NCBI GenBank assembly: GCA_032250835.1
Contig: JAVVEA010000004.1
Location: forward strand, 32,001-96,000
Direction: 5' to 3'
Origin: a bacterium
GTDB lineage: Bacteria; SAR324; XYD2-FULL-50-16
DNA: 64,000 nt
Positions 1-9,839 of the stretch are shown piece after piece (the stretch's first letter is position 1; the number at the start of each line of letters is the position of its first letter). The translations under genes and the position numbers were made by a program. The notes beneath the pieces were generated by a model. It did not search any database. It had not been told where the DNA came from and saw only the letters and a program-made list of their open reading frames with translations.

Positions 1-531
1 ATATCTACCGGCGCGCCCTTGCGGCTTGCTGGTATTTCGCTTGAGAGTTCTGCTGCTTTATCCCCCCCCTCAAGGCTTCGGTTGGTTTTTTTAGGCGAAG
101 AGCTTTGCTTGTTAGGGACGGCCTTAGCGTTTTATGCGCCTCCATTAACGTCCAGGGCTCCCGGACGTGGCGGTTAGGCTGATGGTACCGGTGGACTGGA
201 TGTTCGGTCGGGCCTGGAGGAATTCGCGAAGATACCCCGACGGGGGATATTCTTACCATCCAGTCGTTAGCGATGCCGATGCTTAGGGGCCCAAAGGTCA
301 GGCCGAAAAGTTGGCTAAGGCGCGGTGGATGCCTGTATTTTTATGATTTTGCTATCCTGCCCTTTAGTTTCAATGGGTACTGCGTCCATTTAGCCTTTGT
401 TGGGGGCTTCCATCTCGGGTAGGGGCCAAAAAGCCTCCTGATTTATCCCTCAGCGAGTAGGTTATCCACCCCAATGCCTCACCGGTTAAGCCCCAGAAAG
501 GCTTCGGGGGTTTGTGGATTACCTTTGGCAA

Positions 532-549
532 TTGTAAGATAGTTTACAA
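532..549. promoter_or_regulatory. Palindromic operator-like site TTGTAA-N6-TTACAA upstream of small ORF
   Basis: Perfect 6-bp inverted repeat with 6-bp spacer, ~80 nt upstream of ATG 627. Confidence 0.4.
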
Positions 550-626
550 ATAAACCGAGGAACCCCTTTCCTATACCCCCCACCTAACCTGTATGATGGA
601 GTCAAAGTCGAATAAAGGAGGCACTC

Positions 627-722
627 ATGGAGTGGATCTTACTAAAAACCAGCCTCGGGCTGGGCTTTCTGGCTACGGTTATTACTTTAGTGGCTGCACT
701 GGACTTGGTTCCAGTCTATTAA
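627..722 (+). CDS. 31-aa hydrophobic small protein MEWILLKTSLGLGFLATVITLVAALDLVPVY (not in ORF track)
   Basis: Strong RBS AAGGAGG 5 nt before ATG 627, TAA 720-722, single TM-like stretch, followed by hairpins. Confidence 0.7.
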   Translation: MEWILLKTSLGLGFLATVITLVAALDLVPVY

Positions 723-759
723 AATTTTTAACGTCTCGTTCCTGTGAGGGGGGCGTGTT

Positions 760-797
760 TGACCGGGAGTCAGGCGACTGCTCTCGGTCAGCCTTTT
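760..797 (+). terminator. Hairpin after small ORF, possible intrinsic terminator
   Basis: TGACCGGGAG...CTCTCGGTCA stem followed by GCCTTTT. Confidence 0.45.
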
Positions 798-820
798 GGT
801 AGAGCGAAAGGCGAACGAAG

Positions 821-865
821 AAAGGCCCCGGAGCGAAGGATCGTGACGGGGCCTTTTGCTTTTGT
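821..865. repeat. Hairpin copy 1 (AAAGGCCCCG...CGGGGCCTTTTGCTTT)
   Basis: Inverted repeat with T-tail, near-duplicate of 1001-1046. Confidence 0.65.
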
Positions 866-1000
866 GGCATCCGCTTTGGGTCAGCAAGCCCCCGAACAGC
901 CCCCAAGCAGCAGCAGAAGAAAACCCCTGCCTTTACGGTGCCCTGGCTATTCCCCCGAGGGGGTAGAGCCGCTCAGGGGGACCTAAAATAGAACCAACAA

Positions 1001-1046
1001 AAAAGGCCCCAGAGCGTTAACACGCGCTGGGGCCTTTTGCTTTGTT
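1001..1046. terminator. Hairpin copy 2, bidirectional terminator-like
   Basis: AAAAGGCCCCAG...CTGGGGCCTTTT, A-run and T-run flanks, just downstream of rhodanese stop. Confidence 0.7.
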
Positions 1047-1069
1047 CGCTAAAGAAAGGTAGGGGTGTT

Positions 1070-1378
1070 TTAAGAAACCCCTTCAATCACCGCCAACCAA
1101 TCTTTGATCCCGCCGCGGATCACCGTGGCGGAGTATCCGCAAGCTTCTAATAATTGCAGCGCCTGATGGCTTTTGGTGCCGTCTTCGCAGAGCAACAGGG
1201 TCTTCTTGCGGTTGTCGAAGCCGCCTAGTTCGTTGCTAAGGTCCGCAAAGGGGACGTTGCTGAAGCCGTTGATGGACTTCTTAGCGAAGGCTTCCTTGCT
1301 CCTTAAATCAACCAAGCGTAGGTTGTCGGCCGAGTGGATCAATTCGAAGGCTTCGATGACGGTGATCTCGTGGTCCAT
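1070..1378 (-). CDS. Rhodanese-like domain protein
   Basis: VDLRS..F...I.G..NVP, active-loop LLCEDGTKS, GGIKDW. Confidence 0.85.
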   Translation of the reverse strand: MDHEITVIEAFELIHSADNLRLVDLRSKEAFAKKSINGFSNVPFADLSNELGGFDNRKKTLLLCEDGTKSHQALQLLEACGYSATVIRGGIKDWLAVIEGVS

Positions 1379-1392
1379 AAACGGATGGGTTT

Positions 1393-3543
1393 TTATAGGT
1401 TGATAGGGAGAGTGATGGTGAAGCAGGTGCCCTTTTCGAGCTCCGAAGTGACCTTTAGGTCACCTCCCAACTCCTTGACCCTCAAATAAACGGACTCAAG
1501 GCCCACGCCACGCGCATTGCTTTGGTCTTCGTCTGTGGAAAACAACAAGGCCAGCGATTGCTCGTCGTTCAGCGATTCGGCCTCTTCTGCGCTTATCTGG
1601 CCCCGTTCCACTGCTTCTTGCCGGATTTTTTGCGCGTTCAGGCCGCGCCCGTCGTCTTCGAAAGTCAGCACTAACTGGTCCCCTTCGAGGGCGGCGGCAA
1701 TCTTCATATGCCCTTCTAGGTCTTTACCTAAAAAGACCCGTTCTTCCATTTTTTCCAAGCCGTGCTGCACCGAGTTGCGCACTAGGTGGATCAAGGCGCT
1801 GAAAAGATCCTGCATCCGGTGCAGCGGGACGTCGAGGTCGTGGCCGGTGACCTCGATGACCAGTTGCTTGTTGAGGCGCTTGGCAAAGTTTTCGGCGATG
1901 ATGCCGTATTTCTTCAAAACCAGCCCAATGGGTTGGCGCATCATGGAGTCGAAGCCCTGGTTGATGCGTTCTAAACCCTTGGGGGCGATCTCGTTCCAGA
2001 GGTGGTTCTTGATGCTGCTCAAGCGGTGGCTGGTGATCTCTTGAAGGCCCGGTAGCTTGGTGAAGGGGCGGTAGTTTTTGTCGAAAATCTGGTCTAGTTG
2101 GTTTAAGGCACCTTTGAAGACTTCTTCTTCCATCATGGCACGGACTTCGGCGAAGCGGGCCTCGGGGACCTTAAAGATCGTTCGATCCATCAATTCATTG
2201 TCGGCGATCAGGCTGTCTAGATAGTCGATCTGCAACCGGTCAAAGCCATCTTTGACTTCGCTGGCCATCATCATCAACTGAGCGATGGCGTCGGCCCCAA
2301 AGCCTTCGGGGTTTTCTAAGATTTCCAGTAAAGCATGTTCAAAGTCCTCGGTCAGTTGGGACATCTCGGTGATTTCAAAAATCTCCGCGCCAGACTGTAG
2401 GGTATTGATGGACCCCAAAATGGAATCGGCCCGGATCTCGTCAGCCGGTTTTTCTAATTCCACGATGATCCCGCGCAAAATTTCCTCGGAAGTTTTGCGG
2501 TATTGATCATAGCCCTCTAAATCCATGGCGATTTTGAGGATCATTTCGTTGCGGTTCGCCTCTTCTTGGATGCGTCTTTCCAAGGCCACCTGGGCGGAGA
2601 TATCGGTGATCATCACCAAAATCATGTCCTGGTCCATGTCTTGGGCGTCTTGCAGATAGCGGTAGCTGATCTTTAAAACCGAATCACCTTGGCGCAGTTC
2701 GTTGGGTAACATTTCCTGCAACACGTCTAGGTCCGTGATCCGTAAGAACACCGTCTCCATCAGGTCGCGCAACATGGCGATGTCCGGCTCGGACTTAGCG
2801 AAGCTGGCCGAGTCGCGGTTGTAGGGGGTCCAATGGTGCAGCAGGATTTCTAAGGCGTCGGTTTCGGCGTCTAACTGGCCGAAATAGGGGTGGAACCCGT
2901 TGGTGTACAGGGGAACCACCGTGCCTTTGTTGGTGAAGGCCAAAAAGGCGGCGTCAGGGTGTTCTAAGAAGGCCTTGCCATGCTGGGCCAACACTTGGTT
3001 TTCGCGGTACTGCGGTTCGGCTAGCTCGGCAGCGGCAGTGGGCGTGCTGTGGCCGATTCCTTCGATGGCTTCTTCTAGTTCGCTGGTGTCGGTCAGGTCC
3101 GCCCCGGCTGAAGCCGTGGGGCTGCCGTCGGAGATCGCTAACTGGACTGCGTTGGCCGGTGCCCAGTCTTCGAAGAGGCCCGAAGCCAGCAGCCCTAAAA
3201 CGCTAACGGTGCTTTGCACTTCACTAGCCGCTTGGGCCCAAAGGGCCAAGACCACCTCATTATTGATCGCCACTGCCGCCAAGGCTAAGCCCTCGTGGCC
3301 GGGAATTTGGAGCTCGCGCACCAACAGGCCGTTGTCCAAGGTTTCTTGGTAGGCGCTGGCGCTTAAATTCAAAGAGAGGTCTTCGGCTTCTTCGCGGGTT
3401 TCTTCAGCTAAACAGCGGATGTCTTCGCCCTCGCGCAGGTAGATGGCACCATAGACCAAGCCGTGGGCACCTTCAAAGGCACGGCAGACTAGGGTCAGCA
3501 GTTCGTGGACAAAGGACGGGTCCGATACTGGGTTGGGGGCCAT
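1393..3543 (-). CDS. CheA-like histidine kinase/ATPase (HATPase_c; degenerate Hpt; no CheW domain)
   Basis: HLVRNSVQHG, EDDGRGL, RGVGL, GTCFTITLP motifs. Confidence 0.8.
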   Translation of the reverse strand: MAPNPVSDPSFVHELLTLVCRAFEGAHGLVYGAIYLREGEDIRCLAEETREEAEDLSLNLSASAYQETLDNGLLVRELQIPGHEGLALAAVAINNEVVLALWAQAASEVQSTVSVLGLLASGLFEDWAPANAVQLAISDGSPTASAGADLTDTSELEEAIEGIGHSTPTAAAELAEPQYRENQVLAQHGKAFLEHPDAAFLAFTNKGTVVPLYTNGFHPYFGQLDAETDALEILLHHWTPYNRDSASFAKSEPDIAMLRDLMETVFLRITDLDVLQEMLPNELRQGDSVLKISYRYLQDAQDMDQDMILVMITDISAQVALERRIQEEANRNEMILKIAMDLEGYDQYRKTSEEILRGIIVELEKPADEIRADSILGSINTLQSGAEIFEITEMSQLTEDFEHALLEILENPEGFGADAIAQLMMMASEVKDGFDRLQIDYLDSLIADNELMDRTIFKVPEARFAEVRAMMEEEVFKGALNQLDQIFDKNYRPFTKLPGLQEITSHRLSSIKNHLWNEIAPKGLERINQGFDSMMRQPIGLVLKKYGIIAENFAKRLNKQLVIEVTGHDLDVPLHRMQDLFSALIHLVRNSVQHGLEKMEERVFLGKDLEGHMKIAAALEGDQLVLTFEDDGRGLNAQKIRQEAVERGQISAEEAESLNDEQSLALLFSTDEDQSNARGVGLESVYLRVKELGGDLKVTSELEKGTCFTITLPINL

Positions 3544-3641
3544 TCTTTCCTCATGGAGGTTTACAACCGAGTTTTGGGCAATGCTTTCTTATACGCCGAT
3601 AGGCTCAAAGCGTCAAACCAAGGTTAACCCATGCTTTCAGC

Positions 3642-4589
3642 TTACTTGGGCAGTGCTTTGGCTAGGGAGGTCAGGTCCCTCTGGGCCTTTTGGATCACTC
3701 CTTTGGGGCCCTTGCTTTGTCCTAAATGGCGCAGTTCTTCGAAATCTGGGCCCACTGAGGCCTCGGGCCAACGCAAGAGCTTGCGGGCCACCTCGGCGTA
3801 GCCCAACCGCTCGGCGGTGCTGTGGCTTAAATAATGAACCCAGGCACGGGCAAAGGAGTAAAAAGGGCCCCGCTCGCCCAACTGGCTCAGCCCAAATCGG
3901 TGGCAAAGCTCCTGGGCCGCCAGTTGCCCGGCCACTATCGGAACAAACCATTCGGGGGCCATGGCGGGCAGGGCGTAAAGCTTACCGCCCAAGTGATAGA
4001 CCGGATAAGCCCAGTGGATATATTCGTCAAAAAACTCCACCGGAAAGTGGGGGGGCTCTTCGCGCTGCATCCCCAAAATAATCCGCCAATCGAGCCGGAC
4101 CAAGCTGGGCGGGATTTGGACCCGGTGCCCATGAGCCGCCAGAAAGGGACCCAGCGGGGCTAAGAGTTGGGCCAGTTGGGTCGAAGCGGTGACCAAGCGG
4201 GGCGCGCAAAATTCGCAGACCCCGCCGATGCCCGCAATGCGCTGCTTGATGGCAGGGAAGCGGCAGGTAAAACACCGCTGGCGGGCCTGATTAAAACAAT
4301 CGATACAAACCTTAACGCCCTGTTCGGCGTAGAGCCGCTCGCCTTCTTTGATCTTGCGGCTACAGAGATGGCAAACGCCCTGATCGACTACCGGTCTTTC
4401 TTCCAGGCAAAAGTGGCAGACCTTTCCCAAGGCGGGGTGGTGGTGCAGTCTCTTTTCGGGAAAACCGCATTGCACGCAAGCTTGGCACTGGCGGAAGCAA
4501 TTAAGGCAGACCTTGTGCCCGCGGCCTTCAAAGAACGACTGGGCCGCCGGTATCGGCTGATGGCAATGGTAACAGGAAGACTCGGGCAT
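3642..4589 (-). CDS. Multi-zinc-finger (LIM-like) protein with DA1-like C-terminal domain
   Basis: About eight CxxC pairs in the N-terminal half; C-terminal region resembles DA1 peptidase domain but lacks HExxH. Confidence 0.6.
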   Translation of the reverse strand: MPESSCYHCHQPIPAAQSFFEGRGHKVCLNCFRQCQACVQCGFPEKRLHHHPALGKVCHFCLEERPVVDQGVCHLCSRKIKEGERLYAEQGVKVCIDCFNQARQRCFTCRFPAIKQRIAGIGGVCEFCAPRLVTASTQLAQLLAPLGPFLAAHGHRVQIPPSLVRLDWRIILGMQREEPPHFPVEFFDEYIHWAYPVYHLGGKLYALPAMAPEWFVPIVAGQLAAQELCHRFGLSQLGERGPFYSFARAWVHYLSHSTAERLGYAEVARKLLRWPEASVGPDFEELRHLGQSKGPKGVIQKAQRDLTSLAKALPK

Positions 4590-4685
4590 CGACTAACGGG
4601 GCGGTAGTTGCCAAAGATCGGGGCTTGTTTTAAACTAGCCCCTAGAACTTGGCATTGCAATGATTAACCCCATGGAAGGAGCGTC

Positions 4686-5030
4686 TTGCCTACCGATCTG
4701 ATCAAAGTCATCCAAAGCCGCGAAGTTGAGGTCGCCAAAGATCCCGAACGTCTCCGGCGCGAAGCAGTGTCCTATCTGGGCCAAATCAAACAACACAAGA
4801 GCGACCCGGCCAAGATATATCTCTTGATCGATCCCTTGAGCAGTTCTTCGGTTTTAGTGGAGTTTAAAACCGCCGACATCCTCTACGCCGAAAACTACAA
4901 TACGCTCAGCGATGCCCAAGGCGGCTCGGTTCAGTTGATCCAACTGTGGGTCAAGAAAGGGGCCGTGGGCTTGCGCTTGGTCCCCTTTGTGGTCGAAGAC
5001 TTCAGCCGCTACTACGACCATCTGGACTAA
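4686..5030 (+). CDS. Hypothetical protein
   Basis: RBS GAAGGAG before TTG start, normal codon usage, overlaps rsmA 3' end. Confidence 0.7.
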   Translation: MPTDLIKVIQSREVEVAKDPERLRREAVSYLGQIKQHKSDPAKIYLLIDPLSSSSVLVEFKTADILYAENYNTLSDAQGGSVQLIQLWVKKGAVGLRLVPFVVEDFSRYYDHLD

Positions 5031-5808
5031 ACTGCTTAAAAAGCTCCAACCATTCGCTGGGCAGTAGGTTCTCGGGGCGGATGCCCTCAAGCCGCTCGAC
5101 CCAGTCGGGGCTTAACTGCGCGACCAGGGCGGGCTCCTCTTTTTTGAGCCGACTCAAAAGCAACTTGCGCCGTTGGTTGAAGGCATTTTTAACGAACCGA
5201 AAGAAGGCGGTTTCATCGACGCCCAACGGGCCCTTGGGCGTCAATTGCAACACCACAGAGTCCACCTTCGGCGGCGGGCGGAAGGCCCCCGGCGGCACCT
5301 GAGCGACCACCGATACCTCAAAGCCCAACTGCGCGGCGACGGACAAAATACCGTACTCTTTCAGCGGCTTTTCGCGCCCCGAATGCAGCATCCTGACGCC
5401 CACCTCTTTTTGCAGCATCACCACCAGCGTCGAAAACCGCTGGCGTTCTTCTAAAAATTTAAAGAACAGCGGGGTGCTGATATTATAAGGCAAGTTGGCC
5501 ACCAGTTTGTAGCTCCCGGGGCCCAACAGCTCCGCCCAGTCGCGCTTTAAGGCGTCGCCTTCGACCAAGGTGAAATTGTCATGGGCCACAAAACGCTGCT
5601 TCAAGAAAGCCACTAGGTCCCAGTCGATCTCAATGACGGTAACTTGGGCTTTGGTGCCCAGTAACTTTTCGGTTAAGACCCCTTGGCCCGGCCCGATCTC
5701 TAAGACCGCATCTTGAGGGGTCACTTCGGCAGCGGTGATGATGCGGCTCAAAACCGAAGGGTCTGCCAAGAAGTGTTGGCCAAAACGTTTTTTGGTCTGT
5801 GGTTTCAT
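5002..5808 (-). CDS. rsmA: 16S rRNA adenine dimethyltransferase
   Basis: KKRFGQHFL, LEIGPGQG, ANLPYNIS, FRPPPKVDS, QRRK. Confidence 0.97.
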   Translation of the reverse strand: MKPQTKKRFGQHFLADPSVLSRIITAAEVTPQDAVLEIGPGQGVLTEKLLGTKAQVTVIEIDWDLVAFLKQRFVAHDNFTLVEGDALKRDWAELLGPGSYKLVANLPYNISTPLFFKFLEERQRFSTLVVMLQKEVGVRMLHSGREKPLKEYGILSVAAQLGFEVSVVAQVPPGAFRPPPKVDSVVLQLTPKGPLGVDETAFFRFVKNAFNQRRKLLLSRLKKEEPALVAQLSPDWVERLEGIRPENLLPSEWLELFKQFSPDGRSSG

Positions 5809-6461
5809 GATTTTTTTTGTTTTTGCAGGGCCCTAGCGCGGGCTTTGGCGAAGAGCCGCCGGAGTCGTTCGTCGTGGATGCCCTGGGCCGAAGCTTCGCC
5901 CGCCTTTTTGGAGGCCTCGTCTAAAGGCACGAAGCGGCGCGGCTTGGCCTTGAGGTCCGCCTTGTGTCGTTTGACCACCTGTCCGTCGGCGCGGATTTCT
6001 TCGACAAAATCTTCGGGGCCTGAGGCAAACAGCTGGGCGATCCGTTCGGGGGTGAGCCGCAGGCCGCCACCCTGGCGCAACCGTTCCAGTTCTTCTTTTT
6101 GTGCTGCTTGGCGCTCAACACTGCTGCCCAAGAGTCGCTCCACCTCACCGATTTTAAAGTCCACATCCCGTAGTTGGATCGGCTCGTCTAGCTGGCCTAG
6201 TTGTTCGATCAAGACCCGTTTGAATTTAAGCCGCAAGATCTGGGCATAAGCCCCATCGGGCACCAGAATGGTTAAAACCCCTTTGCGCAGCGAATAGGGC
6301 CGGGTCTTTAGGGCAAAGTTATGGTCCACCACCAAGAGCCAATATTTGTGGATTAGCGCCAGTTGCCAGATTTCCTCTAGGCCTTGGTCGAGCAGATAAC
6401 CCTTTAAGACCAACTCCAGGCCGTCGAATCCGGCACCGAGTCCCTTAGAGGGGCGGCGCAT
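5805..6461 (-). CDS. DUF721 / DciA-like protein
   Basis: W..VVD......TRP..LRKGVLTILV....YAQIL pattern of DUF721; overlaps dnaB. Confidence 0.7.
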   Translation of the reverse strand: MRRPSKGLGAGFDGLELVLKGYLLDQGLEEIWQLALIHKYWLLVVDHNFALKTRPYSLRKGVLTILVPDGAYAQILRLKFKRVLIEQLGQLDEPIQLRDVDFKIGEVERLLGSSVERQAAQKEELERLRQGGGLRLTPERIAQLFASGPEDFVEEIRADGQVVKRHKADLKAKPRRFVPLDEASKKAGEASAQGIHDERLRRLFAKARARALQKQKKS

Positions 6462-7809
6462 CGGGCTCGCGGGTCGTCAGGTTGCTGAAGGTAGTGTACT
6501 TGCCGGTAAAGACCAGCTTGATGGTGCCGGTGGAGCCGTTGCGGTGTTTGCCAATGATGATTTCGGCGATGCCCTTGTCTTTGCTGTTCTCGTCGTAGAC
6601 TTCGTCGCGGTAGATAAACATGATCAAGTCGGCGTCTTGCTCGATGGCGCCCGATTCGCGCAAGTCCGAGAGCTGGGGCCGTTTGTTGGTGCGGCTCTCT
6701 AAAGAACGGTTGAGCTGAGACAGGGCGATCACCGGCACATGTAATTCCTTGGCCAGACCCTTAAGCCCCCGGCTGATTTCGGCGATTTCTTGTTCCCGCG
6801 GTTGGTTGGGCCTGGAACCGCGCATCAATTGGAGGTAGTCGATGACCACCAAAGAGACGCCCTGGGGGAATTCTTTGTGTAGCTGTTTGGAGATGGTGGC
6901 TACGTCGTAACTAGAAAGCGCTGGGGTGTCGTTAATATAGATGTTACGGCCACTGAGCACGTCGGTGGCCATGGCCAACTTGTCCCAGTCTTCGGCTTCA
7001 AGATTGCCGGAACGTAACTTTTCGCTGTCTACCTTGGCTTCCGAAGAGAGCAGACGGGTCGCCAATTGTTCTTTGCTCATCTCCAAGCTGAAGATCAGCG
7101 TCGCGCCCGGCGTGTCTGAGCGGGTGGCCACATAGCGGGCGATGTTCAACACAAAGGCGGTCTTGCCCATGGCGGGCCTTGCCGCCAGGATGATCAAATC
7201 CGAAGGCTGAAGCCCGCTGGTCTTTTTGTCTAGGTCAATAAAGCCCGAAGGCAGACCCGTGACGTCTTTGTCATGCGCCGAGTTGCGCTCTAAGGTTTCG
7301 AAGGTTGCCGGAAGGATGTCGCGGATATGGCGGTAAGACTTGTCTGAAGAGCGCGAAGCAATCTCGGCGATCTTGGATTCCGCCTCGGCCAAGAGGTCGC
7401 CGATCTTTTGGTCTGGGTTGCGCGACTTGCGGGCGATTTCGGTGGTGGTGGTGATCAACTCCCGCAACAGAGCATGTTCTTGGACGATCTTGGCGTAGGC
7501 GACGACATTGTCCGAACTGGGCGTCTCCAAGAGCAATTCGGCCAGATAAACATAGCCGCCGGCTGTCTCCAACTGGCCTTGGGCCTTGAGTTGGTCGCCT
7601 AAGGTGATCTCGTCAATGGGCTGGTCCGCTTCGCCTAACTCAAGCATCGCCGCAAATATTTGCTGGTGGGCTATGCTAAAGAAAGACAGCGGGGTGAGCA
7701 GCGAAGCCACCTCAACCATCAAGCTGTTGTCCTCTAAGATAGAACCCAAGACGGCCTGTTCGGCTTCTTGGTCTTGAGGGATGGTGGTTTGGGTCAGTTG
7801 CGGGTTCAT
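6445..7809 (-). CDS. dnaB: Replicative DNA helicase
   Basis: AARPAMGKT, DYLQLM, LSQLNR, SDLRESGAIEQDAD; no intein. Confidence 0.98.
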   Translation of the reverse strand: MNPQLTQTTIPQDQEAEQAVLGSILEDNSLMVEVASLLTPLSFFSIAHQQIFAAMLELGEADQPIDEITLGDQLKAQGQLETAGGYVYLAELLLETPSSDNVVAYAKIVQEHALLRELITTTTEIARKSRNPDQKIGDLLAEAESKIAEIASRSSDKSYRHIRDILPATFETLERNSAHDKDVTGLPSGFIDLDKKTSGLQPSDLIILAARPAMGKTAFVLNIARYVATRSDTPGATLIFSLEMSKEQLATRLLSSEAKVDSEKLRSGNLEAEDWDKLAMATDVLSGRNIYINDTPALSSYDVATISKQLHKEFPQGVSLVVIDYLQLMRGSRPNQPREQEIAEISRGLKGLAKELHVPVIALSQLNRSLESRTNKRPQLSDLRESGAIEQDADLIMFIYRDEVYDENSKDKGIAEIIIGKHRNGSTGTIKLVFTGKYTTFSNLTTREPDAPPL

Positions 7810-8074
7810 GGCCTCTTGGAGTTTGAAGGACTATGGAGCCTACCAATCTTCCCTACCGGCGGCAAGAGCCATGAGCTATCTAACCGAATCCAAAGGTTTT
7901 GACCACTTTTTTCCAAGCCCTATAAAGGGTTTGCCCTAAGCTCTTTAGGGGCTTTCCCTCACCCTGGGGGCCTGTTCGGCGAATTTACTGCTAGAAATAG
8001 AAAAAAAAGCGCGGTAGTATTCAAAAATACAGATACAGAAATCTCAGGGTTCTGTTTGCAGAAGCCAGAGGAGC

Positions 8075-9697
8075 ATGACTTTAGCGTCCACACTTTCTTC
8101 TCTTGAAATGAAAAATCTAAAGATTAAGTTCAAAATCCTGCTCGGATTTTTGGCCGTCATCATCCTGTTCATCGCCGGGGTTAGTATCGGCATGAAAGCC
8201 GTCAACGGGGTTACCGAAGCGGCCAGTATGCTCGAAGAACGGTTGCAGCAAATACGCAGCCTTGAGGAATTAGAGAAAAAGAGCATCCAAATGACGCTCC
8301 TGTTTATGGACATCATCATCGACCGAGATGCGGGGGTGAGTGCTGAACGCAAGGCCCAGCTGGTCGAATTGACGGACTACATGAAGGGCCATGAAGCAGA
8401 GATGCGAGCCGCCGCCGACACACCCTTCGAGCAAGAAACGACCGAAAAGATCATCAAGAACTATTACAGCCTAGCTAAGGTCGGCTCTGATGAGTTGATC
8501 CGCGGCATCGAAGGCGGTAAGGCCAACGATGCTTTTTTCGATGAGATGGACGACAAGATCGACCGGTTTGGTGAAGGCAACGTAGAACTGATCGTCCAGG
8601 TGATCCAGAGCATCGAAGGCGAACTGGAAGAGGCCGAGGCCGAGCGGGTTTCCGCTGTTACCACTAGCCATAGCCTACAGATCGGCAGCTTGGTGGTGGG
8701 GTTGTTGATGGCTGGATTGGCCGCCTGGGTGATTATCGGGTCGATCTCCAAGCCCCTGGACAAGACCTTAGAACTGCTCCAAAACGTTGCCGAAGGAGAA
8801 GGGGACCTGACCCTGCGGCTAGACGAGGCCCGCAAGGATGAATTAGGCCAAGTGGCCCATTGGTTCAACCGCTTTTTGGACAACATGGCGGGGATCATTG
8901 GCGGGGTGCAGCAGGGCGTGGCCGAAATTTCGGCCGCTGGCGAAGAACTTTCCTCGGCCGCCGCCCAGATCAGCACCACCGCCGAAACCATTGCGACCGA
9001 CGCCGAACGAGAGTCGGCGGCGCTGACCGAAGCGGCCAGCTCGATCACCGAGATCGCCGCCGCTTTTGAATCTACGGCAAGGCAGATGAACGAATTGAAG
9101 GGCTACGCCGATGATGCTCGCATGGCCGCCGACCAAGCGAACCAAGCGGTCAGCGAAACCCAGCACAGCATGGAAGAAATAGGCAACTCCAGCAAAAAGA
9201 TCGTCACCATCATCAACGTGATCACCGAGATCGCCAACCAGACCAACTTGCTTTCCTTAAACGCCGCCATTGAGGCCGCCAAGGCCGGGGAATCAGGCAA
9301 GGGCTTTGCGGTAGTCGCCGACGAGGTGCGGCTGCTGGCCGACCGCTCCAATGCCCAGGTGACGCAAATCAAAGACTTAATCGAGATCAGTAGCGCCAAT
9401 GTCGAGAAAGGCCGGGCCATCACCGACAACACGGTCCAGGTGTTGGGCAATATCACCCAACTGGTTGAAGGTATGGCCGAGCCGATCAACAACACCGCCC
9501 TGGCCATCGAGGAACAGCGTTCGGGCGTACAAGAGATGGGCAAGACCACCGACGAGATCAGCAAGGTCAGCGAAAACAACTCCGACGCCGCCAAGCAACT
9601 CTCGGCAGCGACCCAGCAGATTGCCCAGACTTCAGGTAGCCTAGCCGAAATGGTCGATGCGCTCAAACAAAAAACCGACCGCTTCAAGACCGCCTAA
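8075..9697 (+). CDS. Methyl-accepting chemotaxis protein (4HB sensor, HAMP)
   Basis: Two TM segments, [34 protein letters not shown]. Confidence 0.96.
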   Translation: MTLASTLSSLEMKNLKIKFKILLGFLAVIILFIAGVSIGMKAVNGVTEAASMLEERLQQIRSLEELEKKSIQMTLLFMDIIIDRDAGVSAERKAQLVELTDYMKGHEAEMRAAADTPFEQETTEKIIKNYYSLAKVGSDELIRGIEGGKANDAFFDEMDDKIDRFGEGNVELIVQVIQSIEGELEEAEAERVSAVTTSHSLQIGSLVVGLLMAGLAAWVIIGSISKPLDKTLELLQNVAEGEGDLTLRLDEARKDELGQVAHWFNRFLDNMAGIIGGVQQGVAEISAAGEELSSAAAQISTTAETIATDAERESAALTEAASSITEIAAAFESTARQMNELKGYADDARMAADQANQAVSETQHSMEEIGNSSKKIVTIINVITEIANQTNLLSLNAAIEAAKAGESGKGFAVVADEVRLLADRSNAQVTQIKDLIEISSANVEKGRAITDNTVQVLGNITQLVEGMAEPINNTALAIEEQRSGVQEMGKTTDEISKVSENNSDAAKQLSAATQQIAQTSGSLAEMVDALKQKTDRFKTA

Positions 9698-9839
9698 CCC
9701 CCCCCGCTCATACTTAAGGTCAGCCCCTCTTGGGGCAGGCCTTGGTGCGCCTAGATTGCCGGTACAATAGTCCAACGGCAGGTCCCGCCAGGACCGCCAA
9801 ACTTGAGGCAGACTCAGGAGGCTGTCCTTTTGGACCACG

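Noticed and set aside
5-259. 84-aa minus-strand ORF
   Set aside because: No clear RBS or recognisable motif; cannot be supported.
593-986. ORF-track ORFs 593-802, 682-906, 687-887, 744-986
   Set aside because: They cross hairpin-rich DNA; the RBS-backed 627-722 frame explains the region better.
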